Positions 26,017-37,007 are shown, numbered from the stretch's first letter. The stretch is 56,882 bases of DNA from a virus (IMGVR_UViG_3300035136_000021:1-56882), one strand, 5' to 3'. Notes: generated by a model not told the origin, from the letters alone. Numbers and translations are program-made.

Positions 26017-27903
26017 ATGACTACTATATATAACGCGAATGGGAAAGTATATAAAAAAATAAAACCTAAAATAAATGAATTAGGTGGTACTGGGAGATAT
26101 AGAAATCAAAGATTTCAAAGTACATTAGATACAGATGAATATTATAGTAGTTTGAAATTTCCTTATGATATAAATATATATAATAAAATGGGACGGTCAG
26201 ATGCTCAAGTACAAGCTGTTTTATTAATGATTTCTTTACCTATTAGAGCTACTCAATGGTTCATTAGACCATTAGACAAATCAAAAAAAGCTCAAAAAAT
26301 AGCTGAATATATTGATAAATGTTTATTTTCAGGAGTTAATAACGGATTGTATATGGGTTTTGATGAATTCATCAAGAATGTAACTACTATGTATCAATAT
26401 GGACATAGTGTTTTTGAAAAAGTTTTTGAAATTAAAAAATCGATGATAAAATGGAAAAAATTTGCTGTTCGACCTCAATCTACAATTTATGATATACATT
26501 ATGACGATGTAGGTGATGTTAATGGTATAAGTCAATATATGATTGATCAATCATGGAGACAACAATATATTGATATAGATAAGTTATTGATTTTTTCACA
26601 TAATATGGAACAAGGTGATATTAGAGGGGGAAGTATTTTAAGAGCTTGTTATAAACATTGGTATATTAAAGATTTTATTTTAAAAATCATGAATGTCGGG
26701 ATCGAAAGAAATTTAGTAGGTACACCAGTTATAAAGTTACCAGAAGGGTATACACAAGATGATAAAGAATTAAGTGATCAAATTGTTACTACTTTAATGA
26801 GTCATAATTTCGGTGGTATAAGGATGCCGGAATCTTTTATATTAGAAATGTTTGAAGGCAAAAGATCTTTGATTGATGTTTTACCATATTTGAAATATCA
26901 AGATCAAATGATTACGATGAGTATCTTAGCACAATTTATGCAGTTAGGTACTGATGGATCAAGTGGATCATTTGCATTATCTAGCGATCAAAGCAGATTG
27001 TTTTTAATGATGCTTGATGCAAGTGCTAAAAATATATCAAATATCATTAATGTGCATGCTATTCCGGAATTGGTTAATTATAATTTTGCAAGTGATTTAT
27101 ACCCGAAATTATGTTTTAAACCGATTGATTCTACGAAACTTATAAATACATTAAGTAGTTTAGTTAGTGGTAAAATCGTATTACCAGATGATGATTTAGA
27201 GGATTATATAAGAGATATGTTAGATATGCCTGTAAAAAATCCTGCTAAAACTCGTGAAGAATATGCATTAATTTTTGAAGAAAATACAGTGAAAAAGGAT
27301 GAAATCAATGAGTCTAGTGTAATTGATAAACAACAAAAATTAGAAAGTAATGATTTGAATAATAAATCTAACAATTCTAAAGGTCTTAATGATAAAAACG
27401 ATTCTAAAGATCTTATAGATAATAATCAAAAAGGATCAAAAAAACCTATCGAAACTAATAGTAAAAAGAAACAATATATGGATAAAATAAAGGATGATAA
27501 GATTAATTTAATTGAAGATGATAATGTGTATGATAATATTAATCATTATAAATCATTAATATATGGTTTATTTAATCAAAAACATAATGAATTTTACGAT
27601 TTATTTTTACCACAAGTTAAAAGGTTAAAAGAATCAGTAATGAATCGAGAATTAAAAGATATTAGTAAAATAAAAAGTGTTGGAAAAAATGATATCAAAA
27701 ATTATTTAAAATCAAAAATAAATAAGAATAGCTCATTTATGACTGAAGATTATTTTGAATCTTTGATAAATATTATCTCAAACGATATTTCAGAAAAATT
27801 AAAATCAACTTTTTTAAATGAATTTTTGTATTATTTTGATGAAAATAGTAAAACATTACATGATAATTTTGAATATGATGTATTAGAAGAATTTAATTTA
27901 TAA
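26017..27903 (+). CDS. Portal protein (DUF935 / Mu gp29-like) with a long C-terminal extension
   Basis: YGHSVFEKV, G.SILR..Y..W..K, ER...G.P, ILAQ motifs; follows TerL. Confidence 0.88.
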   Translation: MTTIYNANGKVYKKIKPKINELGGTGRYRNQRFQSTLDTDEYYSSLKFPYDINIYNKMGRSDAQVQAVLLMISLPIRATQWFIRPLDKSKKAQKIAEYIDKCLFSGVNNGLYMGFDEFIKNVTTMYQYGHSVFEKVFEIKKSMIKWKKFAVRPQSTIYDIHYDDVGDVNGISQYMIDQSWRQQYIDIDKLLIFSHNMEQGDIRGGSILRACYKHWYIKDFILKIMNVGIERNLVGTPVIKLPEGYTQDDKELSDQIVTTLMSHNFGGIRMPESFILEMFEGKRSLIDVLPYLKYQDQMITMSILAQFMQLGTDGSSGSFALSSDQSRLFLMMLDASAKNISNIINVHAIPELVNYNFASDLYPKLCFKPIDSTKLINTLSSLVSGKIVLPDDDLEDYIRDMLDMPVKNPAKTREEYALIFEENTVKKDEINESSVIDKQQKLESNDLNNKSNNSKGLNDKNDSKDLIDNNQKGSKKPIETNSKKKQYMDKIKDDKINLIEDDNVYDNINHYKSLIYGLFNQKHNEFYDLFLPQVKRLKESVMNRELKDISKIKSVGKNDIKNYLKSKINKNSSFMTEDYFESLINIISNDISEKLKSTFLNEFLYYFDENSKTLHDNFEYDVLEEFNL

Positions 27904-27914
27904 GGATGTTATTA

Positions 27915-27998
27915 ATGAAAATTAAAAGATGTTGGAAATGCAATAAAAAAATAAAAAGAAATGATAAAAATTGCCCTTTTTGTGGAGCTATACAATAA
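27915..27998 (+). CDS. 27-aa Zn-ribbon micro-protein MKIKRCWKC...CPFCGAIQ
   Basis: AAGGA RBS; CxxC..CxxC. Confidence 0.5.
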   Translation: MKIKRCWKCNKKIKRNDKNCPFCGAIQ

Positions 27999-28036
27999 AA
28001 AAAAATTAATTTAAATTAAGGAGGTTAAAAGCGATT

Positions 28037-28297
28037 ATGAAAAATTATATAGGTTGTAAAATTATAAAAGCTAAGAAAGTTACATTGAAAGAATATTTTA
28101 TAAAAAAATATGGTAAAGAGTTTCAATACAATGGACAACAAGATTTGAATAGCATGGTATATCTTGTAATATATCCACCTATTGGAATTGATGATAATAA
28201 ACCTTATATTTCAATGAGTCCTGTGTCTGTTTTTGAAAAAGCTTATAGGGAAATTGATAATGATGAAATTAAACTAATGTTGGAGAATATTGATTAA
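28037..28297 (+). CDS. Stand-alone copy of the YIG.K..Y.V.Y..Y.S.SP..VFE.AY domain
   Basis: Aligns by eye with the N-terminus of 3175-3741. Confidence 0.7.
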   Translation: MKNYIGCKIIKAKKVTLKEYFIKKYGKEFQYNGQQDLNSMVYLVIYPPIGIDDNKPYISMSPVSVFEKAYREIDNDEIKLMLENID

Positions 28298-28494
28298 TGG
28301 ATGATACTTTTAATTTTTTAAAAAAAGATTTTCAAGAAGATTTAACAAAATTACTTGATATTTATAATATTGAAATAGATTTTAATTTACCATCATATCA
28401 ATTACAATCCTGTATAATTCAATATTTATTAAGTTTGAAATTAGGAATTCAAGGATATGAAATATTTCATAATATAAAAAAAGGTGATGAATAA
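28297..28494 (+). CDS. Hypothetical protein
   Basis: Coupled ORF, GGAG RBS. Confidence 0.5.
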   Translation: MDDTFNFLKKDFQEDLTKLLDIYNIEIDFNLPSYQLQSCIIQYLLSLKLGIQGYEIFHNIKKGDE

Positions 28495-28725
28495 ATGAGT
28501 CCTGACAATTTAGATAAAATATCAAGTATTTATTTAGGTTGTACTATTTCAGATAGTACTATTATTAAATCAGATACAACTAAATATTTAAATATTAATA
28601 ATGTGTTACATCCTAAGAAAAAAAAAAGAAAACAATGGTATTTATTAACACATGTTAAAAAAATAAGAAAAAAGAAAAAATATTTTAAACAATATCATGG
28701 ATATAAAACAATATCATGGATATAA
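28495..28725 (+). CDS. Basic hypothetical protein
   Basis: AAGGTGA RBS. Confidence 0.5.
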   Translation: MSPDNLDKISSIYLGCTISDSTIIKSDTTKYLNINNVLHPKKKKRKQWYLLTHVKKIRKKKKYFKQYHGYKTISWI

Positions 28726-29086
28726 AAAAAATATAAGATAAATTAAATAATAGAATGTATGAAAAATTATTATTTTTCTGAATTATAAGAAAATTAAGAA
28801 AATTAATAAAATTATTTAAAATATTGAAAATATTTAACTAAATAAAAAATATTGTAATAAAATAAACTATTATGATACAATAGTGTCAAGAAATTTAAAA
28901 TAAATGTGATAAATTTTATATTATGAAAATATTTAATAAATTATATACGAAATATAATGACAAATATTATATAAAATTTAACAATTCTAAGAATCTTGTA
29001 TTTCAACAAGATGACAAAATTGTAAATAGTTTATTTTTCTATTTATTTTAAAATAATAAAAAAAAATTAAAAAAAGGGTGGGTATC

Positions 29087-29455
29087 ATGGGACAAACTAA
29101 AGGGATACCACAATATAAAAAATATCATTACAAACAATCTTGGAGTTCACAAGCTTCTACTAATTCATATGTTAATTTAGGTAATTCTTGGGATACTGCA
29201 GGATTAAAAAATAAAATTATTCAAATAAATAATACAGGTGATACAAATGATATTGATTATAAGATTTTAGGATCTTTAGATAATTCAAATTTTGATTTAT
29301 TGGTTGATACAAGTACAATTGGGGCACTTGATTTTGAAATAATTAATATAGATTCTTTTTTGGAAAATAGTTATATACCTTATTTGATAATACAAATAAA
29401 ATCTAAAGTTGCAGATAGTCATAGTACAGTTACTGCAATTGGGACATCTATTTAG
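29087..29455 (+). CDS. Putative virion beta-sandwich protein
   Basis: S/T/N-rich beta composition; first gene after an AT-rich promoter gap. Confidence 0.55.
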   Translation: MGQTKGIPQYKKYHYKQSWSSQASTNSYVNLGNSWDTAGLKNKIIQINNTGDTNDIDYKILGSLDNSNFDLLVDTSTIGALDFEIINIDSFLENSYIPYLIIQIKSKVADSHSTVTAIGTSI

Positions 29456-29499
29456 AATTTCGGTAGTATGAATATATTATACGAGGAGGTATATAAAAA

Positions 29500-29811
29500 A
29501 TGCCTAAAAGAATAAGAAGTAAAAATAATGAAACTATAGGTACTAGTATAGATAATGGTAAAAAGACTATAACAACATCTAGTACTAAAGTATTAAGTGA
29601 ATGTAATAGATCGTATTTAGTTCTTACAAATGTAAATGCTTATGATGTATGGTTAGGATTTGGTGAAACTGCAGTGATAAATGAAGGTATATTATTAGCA
29701 GGGTTTGGAGGGTCTATAGTATTTACAAAAGATAATATATACCAAGGTGATATTTACATGATTGCGAATGGTGGCAGTAATGATATATCTTATGTGGAAG
29801 GGGTTTTATAA
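29500..29811 (+). CDS. Putative virion protein
   Basis: GAGGAGG RBS; R..L...N.....V.LGFG......GI.L pattern. Confidence 0.55.
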   Translation: MPKRIRSKNNETIGTSIDNGKKTITTSSTKVLSECNRSYLVLTNVNAYDVWLGFGETAVINEGILLAGFGGSIVFTKDNIYQGDIYMIANGGSNDISYVEGVL

Positions 29812-29812
29812 A

Positions 29813-31345
29813 TTGAAATATTATAACATACCTTCTATGAGACAAGAATATATAAATGTATTGGATTTATTGGGTAATTATACAAGAGAAGAAATTATTC
29901 AAGCTGCTATTGATATAGCAGTCCTCAATAATAAATGTGTATATGTACCTGGTGGTATATATGAAATTTCAAATACTGTTATTGTAAAAGATAGTGTAAA
30001 AATATATTTAGATAATGCTATTATTAAACCTACATCAAATATTGATGTAGTACAAATAAAACCAAATGCAAAAATTATCGGCTTAACAGTTGATTGTAGT
30101 GCAATAGAAGGATGGAATAAAACAGCTATACTTATATACGGTGGTGATGTTTTTCGAGGATATGATAGATGTTTTTTGAAAAACATAACATTAATAAATA
30201 CCATTACCGGTGACGGGACATTACATTTAGGTAATGGGATAAAAATGTATTGTGATGTTTTAGGACAAGCAATAGAATTTATAAATTTTGAAAATATATA
30301 TACTCAAGGGTTTGGTAAAGGTATATATATTTATAGTACTATAGCGACTAATTATACAAATAGCCCTTGGATAAATGCGAATAATTTTACGGGTTATCAA
30401 AGTTTTAAAGATACCAGTGCAATTTACATAGACTGCAAATATCAAGCAGAAGGAAATATATTTTCTAATTTCCAAATTCAAGGTGATTATTATGGAAGTA
30501 GTGATTATGGTATATATGTAAAATCCAGTAGAAATAAATTTCACGGTGCTATTTACGATTGGGGCGCGAGTTTTCAATCGGAGACAGCAATATATATTGA
30601 AAGTGGAAGTATTAATAATTCATTTGATTTGGTTAATCAAACTATTTATGATGTGAAAAATATTATAATAGATAATGGGGCTAGGACAGTGTTTGAGACA
30701 AATTCAACAAAATCTTTAAATGCTAATTTATCATTAACTTGTGATAAATACGGGATGAATGGAATTCAAGATAATTTTTTATCGTATGCTGATAAAAAAT
30801 TTAGCTGCAGTTTGACAGGTACACCAACATATGGTGGATTATCTAGAATTTTTGATCCTAATAATTATCTTTTAACTCCATTTTCTGAGCAAACAGTAAT
30901 AATAGAGATTGATATGGGTTCAGAATACATGACTAAATGTTTACATATAGGTATACAGTTTGTTTATGGATATTTTGCAGAAAATATAAAATGTGAAATA
31001 GCTAGAATATCAGAATCTTATCAAACTATTTATGATAAAACTGCTAATAATAGTAATTTAATATTAATAAATTTAGGAATCGATACAGATAATGCAATAA
31101 CAAATATCAATAAAATAAAAATAACTTTTTCTGGTGTTGTGGATACAAATATGACTCTTGAAAAAATATTTGCTATAGATAGTTATAAAATTGGAAATAC
31201 TTGGTTATCTAAAAATGGTGGAAATTTGTATAATGATGTAGAATTTGATCAAAATAAAAGTATAGTTGTATGGACACCTAACGGTAATGATCAATATCGG
31301 ATAGGTGTTGATAATGCAGGGAATATAACTACTACTTTAATTTAG
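29813..31345 (+). CDS. Parallel beta-helix (pectate lyase-like) spike/depolymerase
   Basis: TTG start; IQAAID.A.....VYVPGG.Y.IS; repeated GI.I rungs. Confidence 0.72.
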   Translation: MKYYNIPSMRQEYINVLDLLGNYTREEIIQAAIDIAVLNNKCVYVPGGIYEISNTVIVKDSVKIYLDNAIIKPTSNIDVVQIKPNAKIIGLTVDCSAIEGWNKTAILIYGGDVFRGYDRCFLKNITLINTITGDGTLHLGNGIKMYCDVLGQAIEFINFENIYTQGFGKGIYIYSTIATNYTNSPWINANNFTGYQSFKDTSAIYIDCKYQAEGNIFSNFQIQGDYYGSSDYGIYVKSSRNKFHGAIYDWGASFQSETAIYIESGSINNSFDLVNQTIYDVKNIIIDNGARTVFETNSTKSLNANLSLTCDKYGMNGIQDNFLSYADKKFSCSLTGTPTYGGLSRIFDPNNYLLTPFSEQTVIIEIDMGSEYMTKCLHIGIQFVYGYFAENIKCEIARISESYQTIYDKTANNSNLILINLGIDTDNAITNINKIKITFSGVVDTNMTLEKIFAIDSYKIGNTWLSKNGGNLYNDVEFDQNKSIVVWTPNGNDQYRIGVDNAGNITTTLI

Positions 31346-31372
31346 TTTAATAGAAGGTCAATTATAAATTTT

Positions 31373-31558
31373 ATGAAAAAAATAATTTCAAGTGATCGAG
31401 AAATATCTAAAAATGTACTATCAAATTGCAAATATTGTATTTATAATGATTCAACAGGTACAATATTGATTAGTAATTTATATGATTCTTGTAATACAAA
31501 TACGTTTTACATGAATAGTGGAGATGCTAAACAAGCATATTTATTAGATGTACTATAA
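31373..31558 (+). CDS. Hypothetical protein
   Basis: ORF within the operon. Confidence 0.45.
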   Translation: MKKIISSDREISKNVLSNCKYCIYNDSTGTILISNLYDSCNTNTFYMNSGDAKQAYLLDVL

Positions 31559-31583
31559 GAAAAAATAAGGATATTGATTAAAA

Positions 31584-32714
31584 ATGAATGAATTTAATTA
31601 TATTTGTAAATTAAATGAAGATGAAAATTTACCAGAATCAATTGAAATTTTGAGAAAAGGTTCATGGGATCATCCGATGTATGGGAAATTAGATATTAAT
31701 GATTTAACATTTAATGATTTAATTCAAAATTTTAATAATAATGTTAGAGGTATTGATATTTCTTTTGACTTGGAACATGGTGAAACTAATCATAAAAGTG
31801 AAGCTATAGCATGGGTTAAAAATTTAGAAAAAAAAGATAATAAATTACTAGCATTTATAGATTGGACAAAATTTGGTAAAGAAAAAATAAAAGATAAAAG
31901 TTTTAGATATTTTTCACCAGAATTCAAAAAAATATATAAAGATCCTGAAACTGGTAAATCATATAATAATGTATTATTTGGTGGTAGTTTGACAAATAGA
32001 CCATTTATTAAAAAAATGAAACCTGTTATGTTAAGCGAAGATATTTTCGTTGATAATATTTTTATTGAAAATATCAAAAACAAAAATGAAAAGGGGGATA
32101 TTATGAATCCTGAAATTTTAAAAACACTTAAATTAAGTGAAAATGCAAGTGATGAAGATATAATAAAAACTTTAAAATCTTTAATTGATGATTCAGTAAA
32201 ACTTACAGAAGAAAAAGAAACTTTAACAATTAAACTCAAAGAACTTAACGAATCTTTTGTCAATTTAGAAAAAGAAAAAGAAAATTTGAATACTAAATTG
32301 TCTGAAATCACAAATAAAAAAAGTGATGCTGATAAACAAATTATTAAATTAAATGAAGATGTGAAAAACATTAATTTGAAATTATTAGAAACAGAATGGA
32401 AAAATATAGAAACTATGGGATTAAATGAGGGTAAATTATTACCTAGCATGATTGATACTTTCAAAACTCAATACATGAATAATCCAGAACAAACGCAGAA
32501 AATAATTGATTGTTTACAACCTGTTATAAAATTGGATGAAGCTGGAAGTTCTAAAGGAACTAACGAAACAAGTAATATTAAATTATTTGACGATAAAGTT
32601 AAAAAAATAATGAAAGAAGATAAAAAAGATTATACAGAAGCGGTTATATTAGCAGAAAAAGAAAACCCTGATCTATTTAAACTTGTTGATAATGAAAGGA
32701 GGGGTATTTCATAA
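31584..32714 (+). CDS. Mu-like prohead protease/scaffold
   Basis: D.EH, A.AW, WT..G, RYFSPEF, LTNRPF; coiled-coil scaffold; internal RBS+ATG near 32103. Confidence 0.9.
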   Translation: MNEFNYICKLNEDENLPESIEILRKGSWDHPMYGKLDINDLTFNDLIQNFNNNVRGIDISFDLEHGETNHKSEAIAWVKNLEKKDNKLLAFIDWTKFGKEKIKDKSFRYFSPEFKKIYKDPETGKSYNNVLFGGSLTNRPFIKKMKPVMLSEDIFVDNIFIENIKNKNEKGDIMNPEILKTLKLSENASDEDIIKTLKSLIDDSVKLTEEKETLTIKLKELNESFVNLEKEKENLNTKLSEITNKKSDADKQIIKLNEDVKNINLKLLETEWKNIETMGLNEGKLLPSMIDTFKTQYMNNPEQTQKIIDCLQPVIKLDEAGSSKGTNETSNIKLFDDKVKKIMKEDKKDYTEAVILAEKENPDLFKLVDNERRGIS

Positions 32715-33091
32715 TGAATCAAGTATTAACAAAAACATTTATTGCAGGTGCAGATTTGTCAAGTTATCAATATAGATTTGTATATTTAAGTTCCCAAGGT
32801 ACAGTAACATACACAGGGGCAGGAGAAGCACCAATTGGTATTTTACAAAATGCACCAGAATCAGGACAATTAGCCGAAGTAATGTTAATGGGAATATCAT
32901 TACTAACTATGTCAGCAGCAGTTGCAGTTATGGCAAAAGTTGGAAGTGCTGCAGGTGGTAAAGGGGTAACTATGTCAAGTGATGATGAAATTTATGGTGC
33001 AATTGCAATAGATGAAGCAAGTGCAGACGGAGATCAAACACGTGTGTTATTGTGTCCAGGTGCGCCAACAATTAGTGGATCAGGTGATTAA
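32714..33091 (+). CDS. Capsid decoration/cement protein (DUF2190-like)
   Basis: A.ADL....RFV, IGILQN, G.AIDEA...GD; between protease and capsid genes. Confidence 0.75.
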   Translation: MNQVLTKTFIAGADLSSYQYRFVYLSSQGTVTYTGAGEAPIGILQNAPESGQLAEVMLMGISLLTMSAAVAVMAKVGSAAGGKGVTMSSDDEIYGAIAIDEASADGDQTRVLLCPGAPTISGSGD

Positions 33092-33113
33092 TATTGAAAG
33101 GAGATAATAAATT

Positions 33114-34049
33114 ATGAGACCAACGGCATCACAAGTACATCATGATGGAATATTACAAAATATTACAATCATGTATCGAAATAAAAAGTATATTAATGAA
33201 GAAATAGCACCAGTCATACCTGTAGAATTCGCTAGTGATTATTATTATGAATTCACAAAAGCAGATTTTTATAGGGATACTGCCGATTATAGAGCACCAG
33301 GTACATCCAGTAACAGAAATGGTTTTGGAACTTCTAAGACAAAATACAATTGTAAAGAAATATCACAAAGTACGGATCTACCCGATGAAATATATGCAAA
33401 TGCTGATTCGGTATTACAAATTGATAAATCTAAAACGGATTTTTGCACTGAAAAAATAATGTTGAAAAAAGAAAGAATGGCTGAAAGTTTGTTTATGACA
33501 ACGAGTAATTGGGATAATTCCGCGACTCCTACAAATACATGGGACGATTATGTAAATAGTGATCCTGTTACAGATATTGAAACTGCAATTGATGCTTTAG
33601 AGTATTGCAACACTGCAATAATGGCTAAAGATGTATGGAAAAAATTAAAACATCATCCGGCTTTACTTGCTAAGTTATCTAATAATACAAAAAGGATATT
33701 AACACCTAGTGATTTTCAAGAACTTTTTGAAATTGAAAAATTATTTATAGGTATTGCAAGATATAATACAGAACTTCAAGGACAAACAGCATCTTATAGT
33801 GATATTTGGACAAAAGATATGTGGTTAGGATATATCACAAATACACCTGGCCTCATGGAACCAACAGCAACATATACTTTTAGCTGGGATTATACTGGAA
33901 GTAGTGGAAATGAACTTAAAGGTACTAGAGGCGTAAGACGGTGGAGAGATGAAAACGTACATAGTGATATCATAGAAGCTTATGAGTCTTTTGATATGAA
34001 ATCGGTTGGATCAGATTTAGGGTATGTATTAGAAGATGCTATAAATTAA
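33114..34049 (+). CDS. Major capsid protein
   Basis: Size and position; W.DY.NSDP..DI, L..HP, DLGY...DAI motifs. Confidence 0.85.
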   Translation: MRPTASQVHHDGILQNITIMYRNKKYINEEIAPVIPVEFASDYYYEFTKADFYRDTADYRAPGTSSNRNGFGTSKTKYNCKEISQSTDLPDEIYANADSVLQIDKSKTDFCTEKIMLKKERMAESLFMTTSNWDNSATPTNTWDDYVNSDPVTDIETAIDALEYCNTAIMAKDVWKKLKHHPALLAKLSNNTKRILTPSDFQELFEIEKLFIGIARYNTELQGQTASYSDIWTKDMWLGYITNTPGLMEPTATYTFSWDYTGSSGNELKGTRGVRRWRDENVHSDIIEAYESFDMKSVGSDLGYVLEDAIN

Positions 34050-34081
34050 TTTATTTTTTTAAAGAAAGGAGGTAATAAGTT

Positions 34082-36106
34082 TTGGATTTCAATGATTATT
34101 TAAATAAATCAACAATTAAAAATTTAACAGTTTCACAATCTTTAAAAATTGGTAATCAATCAGTAATAACAAATCAAGGAAATTCGTATTTTGTTGATTC
34201 AGGTGCTACGGGTGCTAGTGATTCAAACGATGGTAAAAGTTGGGCTAATTGTTGTGCTACATTAGATGGTGCAATTAATAAATGTACAGCTAATCAAGGT
34301 GATGTGATTTATATTGCAGAAGGTCATAGCGAATCATGGACGACAACCGGTGCTAAAGCTATTTTTGATACTGCAGGTATTACAGTTATTGGGTTAGGTA
34401 CTGGATCAGATAGACCTACTTTTTCATATGGTCATACTGATGCAACATGGACAATTTCAGCAGCTAATATAACTTTGATTAATTTATTATTTATAACTGC
34501 TGTAGATTCTGTAGTTATTTATGGTACTATCTCAGGTACAGATTGTACAATGATTAATTGTGAATCAAGAGATAGTACTAATAAAGAGGTTCTTGATGCT
34601 TGGACAGTTACTACAACTGCAAATAGATTTAAAGTAGATTTTTATAAACACATAGGTTATATTGGTGGTGATGCTAATGATAGCGTATTCCAATTAACTG
34701 GTGTAGATGATTTTATTATCCAAAATTGTGTTTTCATGACACAATCAGGTACTACAACAGGTTCAGCAGTTATCGAAATGGTTACTGCATGTTTAAGAGG
34801 TTTGATTCAGAATTGTGTTTTTTATGTTGATGGTAAATCTGATTATTCAGATAATATAGTTGATACAGAAGGTACATCAACTGTCATAGTAAAAGATTGT
34901 TATGATTTAGAAGCATGTGGTAAATTTTCAGGTGGTGGTAATGGTTCTTCATTTTCATTAGCAGGTGATGATGTTGGTACTCTTAGTACATCATTAGCAA
35001 CATTACAAGCTGAATTTTCAGGAGCAACAGGAATAACAGCATTTCCAGCAGGAGCAGCAGCAGCAAATAGTGTTTCGGTAGCGGAAGTTATTAGATATAT
35101 TCAAGAAAATATAATTAATGGTGGTACTGTTTTACCTGCAACTCAATCATTATATGATATTTTAGCAGGTACAAATGGAATAGGTACATTTCCAGCAGCA
35201 GCAAATCCAGCTAATGGAGTTTCTATTGCAGAAGTTTTAAGAGATGCATGGGACAACATTGGAGATGCTAAAGCAAGAACAAATCTTCAAAGTTTAGTAG
35301 CTATGTTAGGTAATCCTGATACAGCAGCACAATCTATTTGGGATTGTTTAGCAGGATCGGGCGGTATTGCAACATTTCCAGCAGGAACTGCTGCAGCGAA
35401 TGATGTATCTTTAGCTGAAGTTATTAGATATATTCAAGAAAATATAATCAATGATGGTACTGTTTTACCTGCAACTCAATCATTATATGATATTCTAGCA
35501 GGTGCGAACGGAATAGCTGCATTTCCAGCAGCAGCAGCACCAGCGAACGATGTATCTTTAGCAGAAGTTTTAAGAGATATCTGGGATTCTCTCAGAAATG
35601 GTACTGGTGGAAGTGAGCCAGGAACAAACTTATCTATAATTGATGAGTTGAAAAAAGGTATGGTTCATTATAATAATCCTAATTATTTAGCTGTTACTGC
35701 AGATTTGACTTCTGCAACTTGGAATACAGCAGAAACACATGAATTATTTACTGTGACAGGTTTAGTAAGAATGAGAATTTATGCAGAAGTAACAACAACA
35801 GGTGATGATTCAAGCGGTAACACAGCAAATATTCAGTTAGGTGTTGAAAATACTACAAATGCTTTTATAGCAGCAACAGAAGTTGATGATTTGACTGCAG
35901 GTGAAATTTGGTATGATGCTACACCTACTGTAGTTACAGATGATACAAGTAGTGTAATATTAGATAAAATAGTAAATGGTGAAGATGTAGGTTATGAAAT
36001 AACAGGTGAAGCTGCGATAGATGGTGTTATTGTATTCCATTGTGTATGGGAACCGTTAAATAGTACTGGTAATGTGGTTGCAGGTGATGGCTCAGCTATG
36101 GTTTAG
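34082..36106 (+). CDS. Large virion (head fibre-like) protein with beta-helix and FPA.A..AN.VS.AEV repeats
   Basis: TTG start with AGGAGG; YFVDS.....DG.SW....TL..AI.......GD.I; internal duplication. Confidence 0.65.
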   Translation: MDFNDYLNKSTIKNLTVSQSLKIGNQSVITNQGNSYFVDSGATGASDSNDGKSWANCCATLDGAINKCTANQGDVIYIAEGHSESWTTTGAKAIFDTAGITVIGLGTGSDRPTFSYGHTDATWTISAANITLINLLFITAVDSVVIYGTISGTDCTMINCESRDSTNKEVLDAWTVTTTANRFKVDFYKHIGYIGGDANDSVFQLTGVDDFIIQNCVFMTQSGTTTGSAVIEMVTACLRGLIQNCVFYVDGKSDYSDNIVDTEGTSTVIVKDCYDLEACGKFSGGGNGSSFSLAGDDVGTLSTSLATLQAEFSGATGITAFPAGAAAANSVSVAEVIRYIQENIINGGTVLPATQSLYDILAGTNGIGTFPAAANPANGVSIAEVLRDAWDNIGDAKARTNLQSLVAMLGNPDTAAQSIWDCLAGSGGIATFPAGTAAANDVSLAEVIRYIQENIINDGTVLPATQSLYDILAGANGIAAFPAAAAPANDVSLAEVLRDIWDSLRNGTGGSEPGTNLSIIDELKKGMVHYNNPNYLAVTADLTSATWNTAETHELFTVTGLVRMRIYAEVTTTGDDSSGNTANIQLGVENTTNAFIAATEVDDLTAGEIWYDATPTVVTDDTSSVILDKIVNGEDVGYEITGEAAIDGVIVFHCVWEPLNSTGNVVAGDGSAMV

Positions 36107-36121
36107 AGAAGGTGATTTAAT

Positions 36122-36580
36122 ATGGCTTATTGTACTATAGCAGATGTTCAAAAGTTATTAAAATGGTTTATTTTTTCAGCATCATCAAAAGTAACTAGTA
36201 CTGAAGTTACTAGTTATTATATACCAGAAGCAGATACAATAATCGATTCTAAATTATCTAGAATTTACGAAATACCTATTACAGATAGTGATGATATTGA
36301 AGTTTTAAAATTTATATCTTGTAGAATTGTAGCGTGTGAAATAGCACATGTTTTAATATTGCAATCTGGTGGTGAAATCTCAGAAATCGTGAGTAGATGG
36401 TGTGAACAAGCGAACGAGCGATTAAACGATATATTAACACAAGTAATTTTATTACCTAATTCAACTTTACTTGATAATTCGGGAGATTCTGGAGGTAGAT
36501 TATATTCATTTACAGCTCATGGAAATAGTGATAATGATGCTCCTGAATCTATTTGGAAATTAAATGAGGAACAATGGTGA
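36122..36580 (+). CDS. Head-tail adaptor (Mu gp36-like)
   Basis: MAYCT..DV, A...ID..L...Y..P. Confidence 0.75.
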   Translation: MAYCTIADVQKLLKWFIFSASSKVTSTEVTSYYIPEADTIIDSKLSRIYEIPITDSDDIEVLKFISCRIVACEIAHVLILQSGGEISEIVSRWCEQANERLNDILTQVILLPNSTLLDNSGDSGGRLYSFTAHGNSDNDAPESIWKLNEEQW

Positions 36581-36581
36581 T

Positions 36582-37007
36582 ATGAACATTGGATTCGATA
36601 TACAAGGGATGGATAATATTAAAAAACGGATTAATAAACTAAAATCTACATATAATAATCTATCAGGACCTTTAAAAAAAGTAGTTCAAGATTTTAGTAA
36701 AACAGAATCTAAAGTATTTAATAGTCAAGGTGCTTATGGTTCTAGGCCTCGTTGGACACCGTTAGTGAAACCTGAATTAGGGTCAGGTCGAATTTTGGTA
36801 CAAAGTGGACAATTAAGAAATTCTGTAATAAATCCAAGTACTAAAATTACAAAGAATTCTTTGACTTTGAATTTTAAAGATCGAAAATTCAAGTTTCATC
36901 AAAAAGGAACAAGAAAAATGACTTCAAGACCACCAGTTACCATTACTGAATATCAGAAAAAGAAATGGATCAAAATTATAAGAGATGATATATTGAAAGG
37001 GTTATAA
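36582..37007 (+). CDS. Virion morphogenesis / tail completion protein (Mu gpG-like)
   Basis: F..QG.....W.PL, IL..SG.LR.S, HQ.GT..M..RP. Confidence 0.8.
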   Translation: MNIGFDIQGMDNIKKRINKLKSTYNNLSGPLKKVVQDFSKTESKVFNSQGAYGSRPRWTPLVKPELGSGRILVQSGQLRNSVINPSTKITKNSLTLNFKDRKFKFHQKGTRKMTSRPPVTITEYQKKKWIKIIRDDILKGL

